Shown here: piece after piece, positions 6,903 to 16,557 of the stretch | How the letters are laid out: each line of letters starts with the position of its first letter | Position numbering within the stretch: the stretch's first letter is position 1 | Origin: a phage | Length of the DNA: 64,000 nucleotides | Direction: 5' to 3' (one strand) | NCBI GenBank assembly: GCA_012813795.1 | Contig: GCA_012813795.1_4087.1 | Notes under the pieces: model-generated | Told to the model about the DNA's origin: nothing | The model's input: the letters and a program-made list of their open reading frames with translations, nothing else | Database searches by the model: none | Translations under genes and position numbers: made by a program

Positions 6903-9671
6903 TTAACTCCAACGAGTACCAGATTGTGATGGTAACCCAGAACTAGCTGGGATAGCAGAACCACGATTGTAGGTACTTGGGCGGTATAGCAAGAATCTGG
7001 ACACTTTTTCAGACTCGATTGATGCAATACCATTAGCATCAGTTACTATCTTACCAATGTAGGTTGATGTCATAGTTTCTGATAATTGATATAGTGATAT
7101 CTGATACGAAGCTGTAGATGTACCTCTATCCATAACCGCATATATGTAGAATGTTGAATTATCTGGTGTAGTACTTATGGTAGATAAGTCTATCATAGTC
7201 GGTGGTATCTTTGCAAACTTTCCACCCAAGAAAACTGGTACTTCTTGTGAAAAGTACACGTTGAACCCTTGTGCCACATCCTGTGAAGCAACAACTAAGT
7301 ACTGTGATATCGTTTCATTACCAGATATTAGTTTATCCATATCTGCTTCAGTAGTACCACATACAGCAAAAACTGATTTAGTTTGATAATCGTTTTTGTT
7401 CATTTGGTAATATCCAAACCCAATCCCTGGAATTGTACCTATATCAAATTGTGCGTTTGAAATATAAGTTGTTTCCATATATCGTTGACTTGAAATAATA
7501 CCATTTTTCACTTTAGCAATCATGTTAGGATAACGAGTCCATCCTGGGGTATCAATGCCATATAAAATGTTCACACCTAAGTAGTTAAAACCACTAAACT
7601 TAGCAACCGTCATACCAGCCCAACGTTTGATCATTTCATTTGGTGAAATTTGGAATGTATTCGTGATTGATGTATATCTTGCTGTATCAACACTAATACC
7701 ACGTAAAATTATAGTACCACTTGTACCCAGTGCACTACATGATATTTCGGAAAAAATAATATAACACACGTTGGTAGTACCGTTTAGTGCAGAAGTGACT
7801 GCAATAGATTTAGAATATGTAGTATCAGGTACATAATAAAAAACAGTTTTATGTTCAGTTATTCCAGTCAATCCAGCTTTAGCAACGGCATTATAACCTA
7901 TACCTGATAATGTAGTTCCTGAAATTTCATATCTATCACTGTTAAAGTCCATTGTAACAGGGTCGAATTTTCCATAAGCTGGTTTATCGATACCTTCTAT
8001 TAAAGAAGATCCATAAGTGCTGACATTTCCATTGGCATCAACCAATGTTACCATACCTGCATATTTGTAATCAGTACTTAAATAGTGTCTATTACCTGAT
8101 GGTGCAAAACCATTCATTGTGGTATTTTGTTCCAAGTTTTTATAACTATAAGTTGGATTCTCACCTATTTCAGTAAAAACTGTACTATCATAACCATAAG
8201 AAATTCCATCAGCAGTACCAGAACATGCAACAAGTATCTTACGTTTATCAACGAAACGAACACCTATTAAGTTTTCACCTACAGGTGAACCATAAACGGG
8301 CATTACTTCTACGCGTTTTAAATTACTACCAGTACGTGTTTTAGCAACCCAACTATCATAAGGTGTACCAGAAACTTTGTATGTTTGTACTGCATAGGTC
8401 GGCATGGATGACCATCTTGCTTTGGTAGTGAAAACAAAACCATCAGAAGTTTGACAGATTGAACCATAGTTACCAAGTGCACCATCATAAAACCCTGTAA
8501 AGTTTTCCATATTGATTGAAAACGGGTTTCTCACTGTTATACTGCCAGTTGATGCATTAGCTGATACTCTGATTGGACCACGTTCAGAACCGTCAAGTGT
8601 CATTGTTTTAGTACTGATATCATATGTAAAGCTAATGCCAAGTGAATATACACTAGATGTTTTTGTTTCAGTAAAGACACGAAACCCTGGATATATCGCT
8701 ACTCTTATTTTTGTACCATCAGGGCTAAGAACTGCTTGGGTATTAAACGTGTAATGTTGCCAGTCATCGATTTTGGAAACCCCATTATCATATGCTATTA
8801 GTGCATCACCACCTGAACCCAATACTGAATAGCTATCATAAACGCGAATATTATTTGAAGCTGAATATGTTACATCTCGTATAGTTCTTCCTGAATAACC
8901 ACTAATTTGTGTTACTGTCGAAACTGAACCAGTATTAAATGCAGTTAAAGGTACTGTGTATATGATAAATGCACAACCGCGAACACTATTAAGAACACTT
9001 GAATCCCTACACCATATATAAACTGAATCATTTACGATGTGTGCATAGATTGGTTTATTTGTTATTGCTGTTTTTGGAATTCTACAGTGTTTATGAGCAG
9101 ATTCATTTAATGTTTCATTTGTTAATGTAAGGTAGTATGATGCTCTATCAGTTGATTCCCAAAATAGTAATTCATATGCATTTGACCCATAAAATTCATA
9201 AATGTAATCAGTGCTTGGTAGCACAGAAGGTCTATACATCGTGTTGGTTGTAATTATATTATCTTGAGTTAGTGTTTCTATATCTCTTATATTTTTAATA
9301 TAAGCATAATAGTAACCATACGAACTTCCATTTGTACCTGCACGTAAAATTACACCAGTACCATCATTTTCAATGATACAAGGTTGCATTATTTTTGCAA
9401 ATGAAAAGGAAGAAGCACCTTCAAATGTACCGTTAATACTCATCGGTAGGTAATCTTGATCACCTACCCTTGAAACTGGAAGCATATCAAACATCTGATC
9501 TACTTCCGCTTTGTCATAATATTGGTAAGTGATTTTACCAGCAGAATCAGCAGGGAATCCATTAAAGGAACGTAATGCATACTTTCCATTAATTTTCAAA
9601 TTCCCTAGTATTTCTGCGTTTCCTATAATTCGTCTCGAAGCCATATATATTCCTTTACCATTCTGTCCCAC
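6903..9671 (-). CDS. Fibre-like beta-rich structural protein (tail fibre / receptor-binding candidate), paralog 2
   Basis: 922 aa, S/T/G/N/Y-rich; N-terminal and C-terminal regions shared with 10256-12955, central region divergent. Confidence 0.5.
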   Translation of the reverse strand: MGQNGKGIYMASRRIIGNAEILGNLKINGKYALRSFNGFPADSAGKITYQYYDKAEVDQMFDMLPVSRVGDQDYLPMSINGTFEGASSFSFAKIMQPCIIENDGTGVILRAGTNGSSYGYYYAYIKNIRDIETLTQDNIITTNTMYRPSVLPSTDYIYEFYGSNAYELLFWESTDRASYYLTLTNETLNESAHKHCRIPKTAITNKPIYAHIVNDSVYIWCRDSSVLNSVRGCAFIIYTVPLTAFNTGSVSTVTQISGYSGRTIRDVTYSASNNIRVYDSYSVLGSGGDALIAYDNGVSKIDDWQHYTFNTQAVLSPDGTKIRVAIYPGFRVFTETKTSSVYSLGISFTYDISTKTMTLDGSERGPIRVSANASTGSITVRNPFSINMENFTGFYDGALGNYGSICQTSDGFVFTTKARWSSMPTYAVQTYKVSGTPYDSWVAKTRTGSNLKRVEVMPVYGSPVGENLIGVRFVDKRKILVACSGTADGISYGYDSTVFTEIGENPTYSYKNLEQNTTMNGFAPSGNRHYLSTDYKYAGMVTLVDANGNVSTYGSSLIEGIDKPAYGKFDPVTMDFNSDRYEISGTTLSGIGYNAVAKAGLTGITEHKTVFYYVPDTTYSKSIAVTSALNGTTNVCYIIFSEISCSALGTSGTIILRGISVDTARYTSITNTFQISPNEMIKRWAGMTVAKFSGFNYLGVNILYGIDTPGWTRYPNMIAKVKNGIISSQRYMETTYISNAQFDIGTIPGIGFGYYQMNKNDYQTKSVFAVCGTTEADMDKLISGNETISQYLVVASQDVAQGFNVYFSQEVPVFLGGKFAKIPPTMIDLSTISTTPDNSTFYIYAVMDRGTSTASYQISLYQLSETMTSTYIGKIVTDANGIASIESEKVSRFLLYRPSTYNRGSAIPASSGLPSQSGTRWS

Positions 9672-10245
9672 TATTCACATCTGGTGTACCAGAACTGATA
9701 GGGATAGCTGAACCAATTTTTGTAGCACTTACTCTGAAGTCGTCAAATCTTGACACTTTATTTATACTGACCCCTGTAATGCCATCTGGGAAAACTGTCA
9801 TTTGTCCTATGTACATATTAACATTACTTTCAGGGCGTTGAGTTTTAGAAATGATGTAGTCAGCTACCCCAACATCTAATATAACATATACATAATGTGT
9901 TTCAATATTAGTTCCAGTAACGCCTGGGTCCGTTATTGTTTTAGCAGGGAGGGTATAAACCGCTCCCGCCATGAACAATGGTAATTCTTTACTGAAAGTT
10001 AATTTGAACCCAGCAGCAGTAATACCTAATGGTTCAGTACTGTAAAGTGAACCAAATTGTGATAACGGAAAGGAACTGGTAATGTAATTCACATCATCTG
10101 TACTCATGAGTGGTACATCAACATTCCCATTAGCATCAGCTTGATACACATTACCAGAACGATCAGTTATCGTGGTCCCAGTATTTTTTCCTTGTGATTT
10201 AACGGAAGCATACGCTTCCACATCAGATCTAAATTTATAAGCCAT
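9655..10245 (-). CDS. Short protein carrying the C-terminal domain of the fibre-like paralogs
   Basis: 196 aa; last ~120 aa (YVYVILDVG ... KVSRFDDF ... SSGTPDVNSGTEW) align to the C-termini of both large neighbours. Confidence 0.5.
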   Translation of the reverse strand: MAYKFRSDVEAYASVKSQGKNTGTTITDRSGNVYQADANGNVDVPLMSTDDVNYITSSFPLSQFGSLYSTEPLGITAAGFKLTFSKELPLFMAGAVYTLPAKTITDPGVTGTNIETHYVYVILDVGVADYIISKTQRPESNVNMYIGQMTVFPDGITGVSINKVSRFDDFRVSATKIGSAIPISSGTPDVNSGTEW

Positions 10246-10255
10246 ATTATCTCCA

Positions 10256-12955
10256 TTACCAATTCACATTACCAGAACTTGAAGGGAACCCAGAACTAAC
10301 TGGGAAGGAACTTCCGGCAGCGTCGAATGATGAACCAAACAGGTCTAAACGCGAACGTTTTTCTATATTAATTTCGGTTATTTGTAAATCATCAGTTTTC
10401 ACTGTACCAATCCAGTATATTGAATGAGTTTCAGCTAATTCAGTTGTTGATATGTGATAGTTTGCAATACCCTGTACTAATTTAATATACACATAAAATG
10501 TAGTATTGGCAGGATTTGCTTTCACAGTTGTTAAATCTATATTTGATATTGGTAATTTATAGTGTTTACCTGATAGCAGTACTGGTGTCTCTTCGGTGAA
10601 GTATATAATAAAACCTTGAGCAACATCTTGGGAAACAAGACATATAAATGGATTTCCTTTATCAGTCCATGCATTATAATCCGCTAATGTAGTACCATAT
10701 GTTCTAAAAATTGTTTTGTTTGTATTATCTATACTTTGAAGAATACCAAACCCAATATTAGGTAAAGCGAATGGTTGACCATCTAATGCATAGATAGGAC
10801 GTGCACCAGCTATATGGAAATTATTAAATTGGGCTGTCGCTTTATCCACTGTAGCACGGAAAAATGGAGAGTTTGTATTACCAACTGTATTAAAGAAACC
10901 TGGAATACCACCACCAATGAAGTAGAAAGAACCAGCATCATATATAGTAATACCAATACTTCCACTATCAAGATGATATGCGGTATCTGTTTTGTAATCC
11001 CCAGCTTGAACACTTTCATGTACTAAACGTTTGAACGACCATGTTGTAATATCACCAGTTCTTGTATTGACATTCAATTCAACAACTCGTACATATAAAC
11101 CACGGGCTGTAGTAGATGCTGCAAGAACACCAAAAACAGGAATATCAGTTTGTTGTGGAACAAATACAGATAATGTTTTTATTGATTCTGGTGATATATT
11201 CCATGAACTAGCAACTTTAGCAAATTCGGAATTTCGAATAGCATTCATTATATCTTGAGACATACTGATTGTACCATTATTCAGTACATTACCTTTATAA
11301 TCAAAACTAATAGGAGTTGATGTTCTATTATCTGCCACCAAAACACCACCATTAGTAGTGACCGTTGAACCAGAAATTGAACTTATAAAAATTCTAGATT
11401 CTGGTGTAGTTATAAACGCTCGGTCTGGTGTTGGTTCATAACCAGGAACAGTACCATAGTCTAGAGACTTAAATGTAAAGTTCGGTGTAGCTTTATGTAC
11501 AGCATAGGATGGATAAAAACGACCATCACCAGAACGTCTTGAATATTGTTTAGTACTGTTATTTGGTAATAACTCTACACCTACTTGGTATGAACCAACT
11601 GCTGAACCAAATCTTGGTGATACTACACCATTAATAAAATTAGTTGCTGATACACTTCTAACATTCATTAAATTAAACAATGACTGTGGTGGATATTTCG
11701 CATATGATAAGTTCAATGCTTCTGCGAGGTTTGGTGAGAATGAACAAAATGCATCACCAGTTGATGGTACATAGCAATAATTACTAAAAATATTACGACC
11801 ACCCGCGTGAAGATAAAATGGATCTTTTGTTATGCATTGACCCGTTACATTCATACTTGAACCCGTGTCATTAACAGCAACTGGTGTAGTCGTTAACATA
11901 TTATCTAATTTACATTGTTTTGTCACAACATCAAAAGTCATACTAAAACCATGTTGTGGGCGTGTGTCATATCGTCCATTTGTCATCCACATATCACCAC
12001 ATAATCTAAATCTGAATTCGGATGTACCAGATTTCTGTGCAACATATAAATCTGGATCTGTCATATAAACACCAAACCCAATAATACCACTTGGAATTAA
12101 AACGTATGGATTATCATTGGTATTTGTTGAATTTATTTTCATAGTTGGAACAATATTGTCATCATATACCATTGCATTATAAAAAGTTCTTGTGGCCCAA
12201 CCAGTAATTCTAGTAACACTATAAGTACCACCACCTGGGTTATTACTTGGACTAAAAGTAACTTTAGTAACGGATATTTTAAGAGTATTGCTTGGTGTAT
12301 CTAAACTGAAAAAGTATAATGAACCATCTTCAGCACGAATAACAAATTGTATTGCACCAAAAGGTTGTACGGCTGTATGGTCTGATAGAATAATACCAGT
12401 GTGCATTGTATCATTCATAGTACCATTATTGACTGAAACAAAAACTCTATCAATATATGTACCATCAGAATTTTCAGTTCTCACCAAACCACAAGTAATA
12501 TCATCACTGCTTGGATACAAATAAACTGCATACCCAGCACCAAAATAATTTGGTTTATATGCACGAGTAGTATTAACCATACGACTTGTATTTGTTGTAC
12601 CAACCGCCTGGGTCATATAACTATAATAAATCCCCTGTGTACTTCCATTAGTACCCGGACGTAACATTACTAAAGTGTTATCATCTTCCAAAAATAATTT
12701 TGTATTTCTGGAACTAGCATTTTCTGAAGAACCAACTGTTGTACCATTGACACCAGCAGGTAGATAGTTTTGTGTACCATAACGAGAAATGGGTAACATA
12801 CCAACCATTTCCAGCATATCATCTTGTGTATATGCATCTATTGTGAGATTGCCATTTTCATCAAATACGTTATCATTGATGCTCTGAACACTTCTCTTAC
12901 CTTTGACTGTTACATTATGTGTAACATCAATGCCACCATATATTTTCTTTGCCAT
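10256..12955 (-). CDS. Fibre-like beta-rich structural protein (tail fibre / receptor-binding candidate), paralog 1
   Basis: 899 aa; shares MLPISRYGTQNYLP ... LRPGTNGS N-terminal motifs and the conserved C-terminal domain with 6903-9671. Confidence 0.5.
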   Translation of the reverse strand: MAKKIYGGIDVTHNVTVKGKRSVQSINDNVFDENGNLTIDAYTQDDMLEMVGMLPISRYGTQNYLPAGVNGTTVGSSENASSRNTKLFLEDDNTLVMLRPGTNGSTQGIYYSYMTQAVGTTNTSRMVNTTRAYKPNYFGAGYAVYLYPSSDDITCGLVRTENSDGTYIDRVFVSVNNGTMNDTMHTGIILSDHTAVQPFGAIQFVIRAEDGSLYFFSLDTPSNTLKISVTKVTFSPSNNPGGGTYSVTRITGWATRTFYNAMVYDDNIVPTMKINSTNTNDNPYVLIPSGIIGFGVYMTDPDLYVAQKSGTSEFRFRLCGDMWMTNGRYDTRPQHGFSMTFDVVTKQCKLDNMLTTTPVAVNDTGSSMNVTGQCITKDPFYLHAGGRNIFSNYCYVPSTGDAFCSFSPNLAEALNLSYAKYPPQSLFNLMNVRSVSATNFINGVVSPRFGSAVGSYQVGVELLPNNSTKQYSRRSGDGRFYPSYAVHKATPNFTFKSLDYGTVPGYEPTPDRAFITTPESRIFISSISGSTVTTNGGVLVADNRTSTPISFDYKGNVLNNGTISMSQDIMNAIRNSEFAKVASSWNISPESIKTLSVFVPQQTDIPVFGVLAASTTARGLYVRVVELNVNTRTGDITTWSFKRLVHESVQAGDYKTDTAYHLDSGSIGITIYDAGSFYFIGGGIPGFFNTVGNTNSPFFRATVDKATAQFNNFHIAGARPIYALDGQPFALPNIGFGILQSIDNTNKTIFRTYGTTLADYNAWTDKGNPFICLVSQDVAQGFIIYFTEETPVLLSGKHYKLPISNIDLTTVKANPANTTFYVYIKLVQGIANYHISTTELAETHSIYWIGTVKTDDLQITEINIEKRSRLDLFGSSFDAAGSSFPVSSGFPSSSGNVNW

Positions 12956-12999
12956 ATATATCCCTTTTATCTAGATATCCATAGTGTATTTATAATAGT

Positions 13000-13025
13000 A
13001 TAAAAAAAGCACCCAAAGGGTGCTT
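13000..13025 (-). terminator. Intrinsic terminator candidate downstream of nrdG and small ORF
   Basis: Stem agcaccc/gggtgct (13008-13024) with loop aaa, followed on the minus strand by U7. Confidence 0.5.
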
Positions 13026-13032
13026 CTTCATA

Positions 13033-13191
13033 TTAACCGCCGTGTTTAGAAAATTCAACTGCTCTTAATTGTTTAAGTGCTTCTTTTCTGGTTGGGTGAC
13101 GACCGAGAACTTTCTTCCCTGTGTGGTCAGTAACAACCCACTCATTTCCACGTTTCTGTATCTTTTCCGAAATAATATCAAGATAACGCAT
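13033..13191 (-). CDS. Small ORF (52 aa) MRYLDIISEKIQKRGNEWVVTDHTGKKVLGRHPTRKEALKQLRAVEFSKHGG
   Basis: Below ORF-track size cutoff; ATG at 13191-13189 preceded by GGAG; start overlaps nrdG stop; ends just before terminator. Confidence 0.35.
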   Translation of the reverse strand: MRYLDIISEKIQKRGNEWVVTDHTGKKVLGRHPTRKEALKQLRAVEFSKHGG

Positions 13192-13657
13192 AATCTACTC
13201 CTTTACGAAGAATACGTTGATTATTAGAGCCTCTAAATGGTAATTCTAAATTCTTTTCTTCAAGAATAAATTTACCATCAACTAATACATCAATGTACTC
13301 TAGTATTGCGGAGGCATGATTATTTATTATTTCCTCTAAAGTATAACCACTCCAGCACCAAATATCTTTATTTGGATATTTTTCTTTTACTACTTTACAT
13401 AACTCAACAACAGTACTGATATTCTTTGGCATCAATGGATCACCACCAAGAAGTGACAACCCTTGTACATATGGCTTGTTAAGTTCATTCAGGATGATAT
13501 CAACTGTTTCAGTACTGAATTCTGAACCACTGCGATAATCCCATGCTTTTTCGTTGAAGCATTCTTCACATCCGTGGCTACACCCTGAAACAAAAAGGGA
13601 GCATCTAACTCCCTCTCCATTGACTAAATCATCCTTGATTATCGTCTGGTAATTCAT
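13178..13657 (-). CDS. nrdG: Anaerobic ribonucleotide reductase activating protein (radical SAM)
   Basis: N-terminal VNGEGVRCSLFVSGCSHGCEEC cysteine cluster typical of NrdG activases; directly downstream of nrdD. Confidence 0.85.
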   Translation of the reverse strand: MNYQTIIKDDLVNGEGVRCSLFVSGCSHGCEECFNEKAWDYRSGSEFSTETVDIILNELNKPYVQGLSLLGGDPLMPKNISTVVELCKVVKEKYPNKDIWCWSGYTLEEIINNHASAILEYIDVLVDGKFILEEKNLELPFRGSNNQRILRKGVDYALS

Positions 13658-13964
13658 CTAATATTGCACTCACTATTTCAACAAGAACATCTCCGTGACA
13701 TGATTTGGGCTTACAAAAGCACCCAAGACGCTTCCCAGCCAATTCAAGTAGTTCTTCGATAGTAACCTCACCATTATCAATTCTTTGGATAAGATACTCT
13801 CTGAACTTCTCAATCGACTCTTCTCGTGTCGGAACTATAAACTCTGCCTTTGTTTGTTTGTCATTAATGTGGGTAAATGGATTTCCCCATTTAGACCCAC
13901 GACCAATATACACATCATATGGTTCTTTATATTTGTTAACTACAATTGGTTTTAAGTCCATCAT
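13629..13964 (-). CDS. Conserved hypothetical protein with Cys/His cluster (DUF4326-like)
   Basis: [12 protein letters not shown] ... [15 protein letters not shown] motif pattern; 111 aa. Confidence 0.45.
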   Translation of the reverse strand: MMDLKPIVVNKYKEPYDVYIGRGSKWGNPFTHINDKQTKAEFIVPTREESIEKFREYLIQRIDNGEVTIEELLELAGKRLGCFCKPKSCHGDVLVEIVSAILDELPDDNQG

Positions 13965-14323
13965 AGACCTTTAGTAAAAGTACGATTGATTACATCATCT
14001 TGTTGTTCTTTTGTTAGTGAATTGAAACGAACTGCATAACCACTAACACGAATTGTAAGTTGCGGATACTTTTCTGGATTATTTTGTGCATCAATGAGTT
14101 GTTCTTTAGATAGAACATTTACATTCAAGTGCTGACCACCTTCAATATTCGGTGCGTGTTGAATTTCCACATCACGCAGTACCTCACCATCAAAAGTACT
14201 CAAAAGTACTTCATCATCTTCGGAAATGGTCTTTGATACAATAATACGTGCAATATCATTTTCTATTAGCATGATAGTTCCACGGTGCTCACCAGACATG
14301 ACTTGTTTACCTTGAATTGACAT
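13961..14323 (-). CDS. grcA: Autonomous glycyl radical cofactor, GrcA/YfiD-like
   Basis: C-terminal [10 protein letters not shown] ... [21 protein letters not shown] ... RTFT is near-identical to the conserved GrcA glycyl-radical domain. Confidence 0.85.
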   Translation of the reverse strand: MSIQGKQVMSGEHRGTIMLIENDIARIIVSKTISEDDEVLLSTFDGEVLRDVEIQHAPNIEGGQHLNVNVLSKEQLIDAQNNPEKYPQLTIRVSGYAVRFNSLTKEQQDDVINRTFTKGL

Positions 14324-14332
14324 AATATCTCC

Positions 14333-16138
14333 TTACATGTGTTGTATACGTTGAATAACTTCAGCTTGTTTACCTTTATTGAACGGGCGACTATTTGGGG
14401 CACTAAGATATCCCGAAACTCTGCGAATAACCGACATTGTGCGTTCATTGCGGTTGTCACATACCGGACAATGGAAACCATTTTTATCTACACTAAATTC
14501 ACCCTCAAAATCACATTCAAAACACTTATCGACCTTCTGATTAATACCAAAATATGGAATTTTAGTATAAGCAAAATTTATTAATGTTTCAAGTGCTTGT
14601 ATATTATTAGCTAGATTTGGTGTTTCAACATAGCTAATATTACCACCATTGCTTAGATAAGCAAAGTTTTCCTCATAATCCCATTTAGCAAAAGGTGTAC
14701 TTTCAACCCATACTGGTTGATGGAATGAGTTAGTGATAAAGTCACGTTTCAGTACTGAAGGATGTTTTGCCTCAATACAACGTGCAAATTTATAACATAG
14801 TGATTCTGCTGGTGTACCGTAAAGACTAAATGCAATGTTACTCTCTTTTTTGAATTCATCACATTTTGCTTTCATGTAGTTCAAAATACTCATACAGAAC
14901 TCTTTACTAATAGAACCAGTGAGGATCTCTGAACACTCAGATAACCCAACATAACCAATACTGATACTAGCATAACCATTATAAAATAAATGGTCAATAG
15001 TGTCTTCAGGATCAAGACGTGCAATCGCACCTTCAGCGAAAAGTATAGGGTTTTGTTTTGCCTTTGTACCTTTTAAACGTTCTACACGGTTCATCTGTGC
15101 TCTGTAAGCAATATTCATGTGCTCATCAATCTTATCAAAGAAATCACCATCAGACTCACTCTCAAGAGCAATTAGTGGTAAGTTGATAGACACAACGCCA
15201 AGGTTGAATCTACCATTGTATTTTTCTTCTCCTTGTATATTTTCCCATTTCCCTAAGAAACTTCTGCATCCCATAGGAGTAACAGGAATAGTTGTGCTTC
15301 CAGTAACTTTTTGATTCAAAGGTACGGATACAAAATCAGGATAGATGCGTTTAGCTGCACAACGCATAGCTAATTGTTTTAAGTCATAATTACAATCAGT
15401 ACTGTTCATATTAATTCCATCCTGAAGAAAGAATATTACTTTAGGAAATACTGGAGTAATCTTATCTTTACCTAGTCCATTTTCATGTACTTTCAAATAT
15501 TGTTCAGTGATTAGTTTTTCAAATTTAGATGTACCTAATCCTAAACTCAAAGAAATGAACGCAGCCTGGCCATTAGTACTGATCATTGAGTTTGTTTGAT
15601 ATAGAATTGTTTGACAACCGTCATAAACTTCCTTACGCAACTCATCTTCGATGAATTCAGTGCTAAGATTGTATTTCTTTTGTTTTTCTAGGAGTTTATC
15701 CCATGACTTTTGTACATATGGTGCAAGGCCAGTGTCAATGTGAGCCAACGACTGACCACCGTATTGTGAGCTTGCAACAGCCTGAACGATCTGGGTTAGT
15801 ACTGTACAAGCTACCCCAAAGCTTTTTGGTTCTTCAATCTTGGCACAACCAATCATGAAGCCATTAGCAAGCATATCAGGATAATTAACTAAACAACAGT
15901 TTGTTAATGGGCTAATGTAATAGTCTAAATCATGAATATGACCGTAACCTTCATTATGCCACTTCATCAATTCATCAGGAATCACATCTTGGGAATAATG
16001 TTTAGAAAGAATACCTGCCAATAAATCACGATGTGTATTAACACATTTAGCGTCTTTATTTGCATTTTCGTTTGTTAAATCAGCGTTACTCTGGTTGAGG
16101 AAGTTAGTTACGTCCGTATATAATTTATCTATTTGCAT
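14333..16138 (-). CDS. nrdD: Anaerobic ribonucleoside-triphosphate reductase (class III), intact and uninterrupted
   Basis: 601 aa; C-terminal Zn ribbon CFECDFEGEF ... CPVCDN and glycyl radical motif RRVSGYLSAPNSRPFNKGKQAEV. Confidence 0.9.
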   Translation of the reverse strand: MQIDKLYTDVTNFLNQSNADLTNENANKDAKCVNTHRDLLAGILSKHYSQDVIPDELMKWHNEGYGHIHDLDYYISPLTNCCLVNYPDMLANGFMIGCAKIEEPKSFGVACTVLTQIVQAVASSQYGGQSLAHIDTGLAPYVQKSWDKLLEKQKKYNLSTEFIEDELRKEVYDGCQTILYQTNSMISTNGQAAFISLSLGLGTSKFEKLITEQYLKVHENGLGKDKITPVFPKVIFFLQDGINMNSTDCNYDLKQLAMRCAAKRIYPDFVSVPLNQKVTGSTTIPVTPMGCRSFLGKWENIQGEEKYNGRFNLGVVSINLPLIALESESDGDFFDKIDEHMNIAYRAQMNRVERLKGTKAKQNPILFAEGAIARLDPEDTIDHLFYNGYASISIGYVGLSECSEILTGSISKEFCMSILNYMKAKCDEFKKESNIAFSLYGTPAESLCYKFARCIEAKHPSVLKRDFITNSFHQPVWVESTPFAKWDYEENFAYLSNGGNISYVETPNLANNIQALETLINFAYTKIPYFGINQKVDKCFECDFEGEFSVDKNGFHCPVCDNRNERTMSVIRRVSGYLSAPNSRPFNKGKQAEVIQRIQHM

Positions 16139-16189
16139 TTCACATTCCTTGTATGTTATTCGTTTGGGTGAATTTATTTAACTTCAACA

Positions 16190-16240
16190 AAGAGCATTAT
16201 AGCCTCATATTGGCCTTTTTCTCTTGACCTAAATCAAGGA
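16190..16240 (-). promoter_or_regulatory. Putative FNR-dependent class II promoter of nrdD
   Basis: TTGAC-CTAA-ATCAA palindrome at 16224-16237 (9/10 match to FNR box TTGAT-N4-ATCAA) centred 41.5 bp upstream of predicted start site; perfect TATAAT on minus strand at 16201-16196. Confidence 0.45.
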
Positions 16241-16269
16241 AAAGTGCAATTGATTAAGTACTGTACAAA

Positions 16270-16294
16270 CACAAAAAGCACCACTTGGGTGCTT
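16270..16294 (-). terminator. Intrinsic terminator candidate upstream of nrdD promoter
   Basis: Stem agcacc/ggtgct (16277-16293) with 5-nt loop and U5 on the minus strand. Confidence 0.45.
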
Positions 16295-16371
16295 TATAGA
16301 ATAGACAAAATAACAACTGACCAGATTAGCATAACATATAAATTGCAATTACACAGCATCCAATGAATAGT

Positions 16372-16557
16372 TTAATTAGTCTCATCTGGACTCCATGTAA
16401 TAGTTACAGTAAATGTACCTTCCTGGAAGCCATATTCATCTTGTGGGATTTGTTCAGCTAATGGGTTAAATCTTGAATCAAAAGCTTCATGCACATCTCT
16501 TTGGATATCATATAGACTTTCACCATCATATTCTTTTTTGAAGATTTCATTCTGCAT
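16372..16557 (-). CDS. hypothetical protein
   Basis: 61-aa ORF, acidic. Confidence 0.4.
   Translation of the reverse strand: MQNEIFKKEYDGESLYDIQRDVHEAFDSRFNPLAEQIPQDEYGFQEGTFTVTITWSPDETN

Noticed and set aside
7177-12524. Plus-strand ORFs of 60-80 aa inside the fibre genes (e.g. 7177-7386, 8512-8754, 10814-11026, 11031-11258, 11865-12068, 12288-12524)
   Set aside because: All lie wholly within long minus-strand genes with strong protein-like composition; no ribosome-binding sites; considered frame noise
14266-14481. 71-aa ORF overlapping the nrdD / GrcA junction
   Set aside because: It overlaps the 3' end of nrdD and the 5' end of the GrcA-like gene in another frame; both of those have strong homology support
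13961-16138. nrdD split by a group I intron, with 13961-14323 as a 3' exon, as in T4
   Set aside because: The 601-aa NrdD already ends with its own Zn ribbon and glycyl radical motif; the gap to the next ORF is about 10 bp, too short for an intron; the downstream ORF matches free-standing GrcA rather than an NrdD C-terminus
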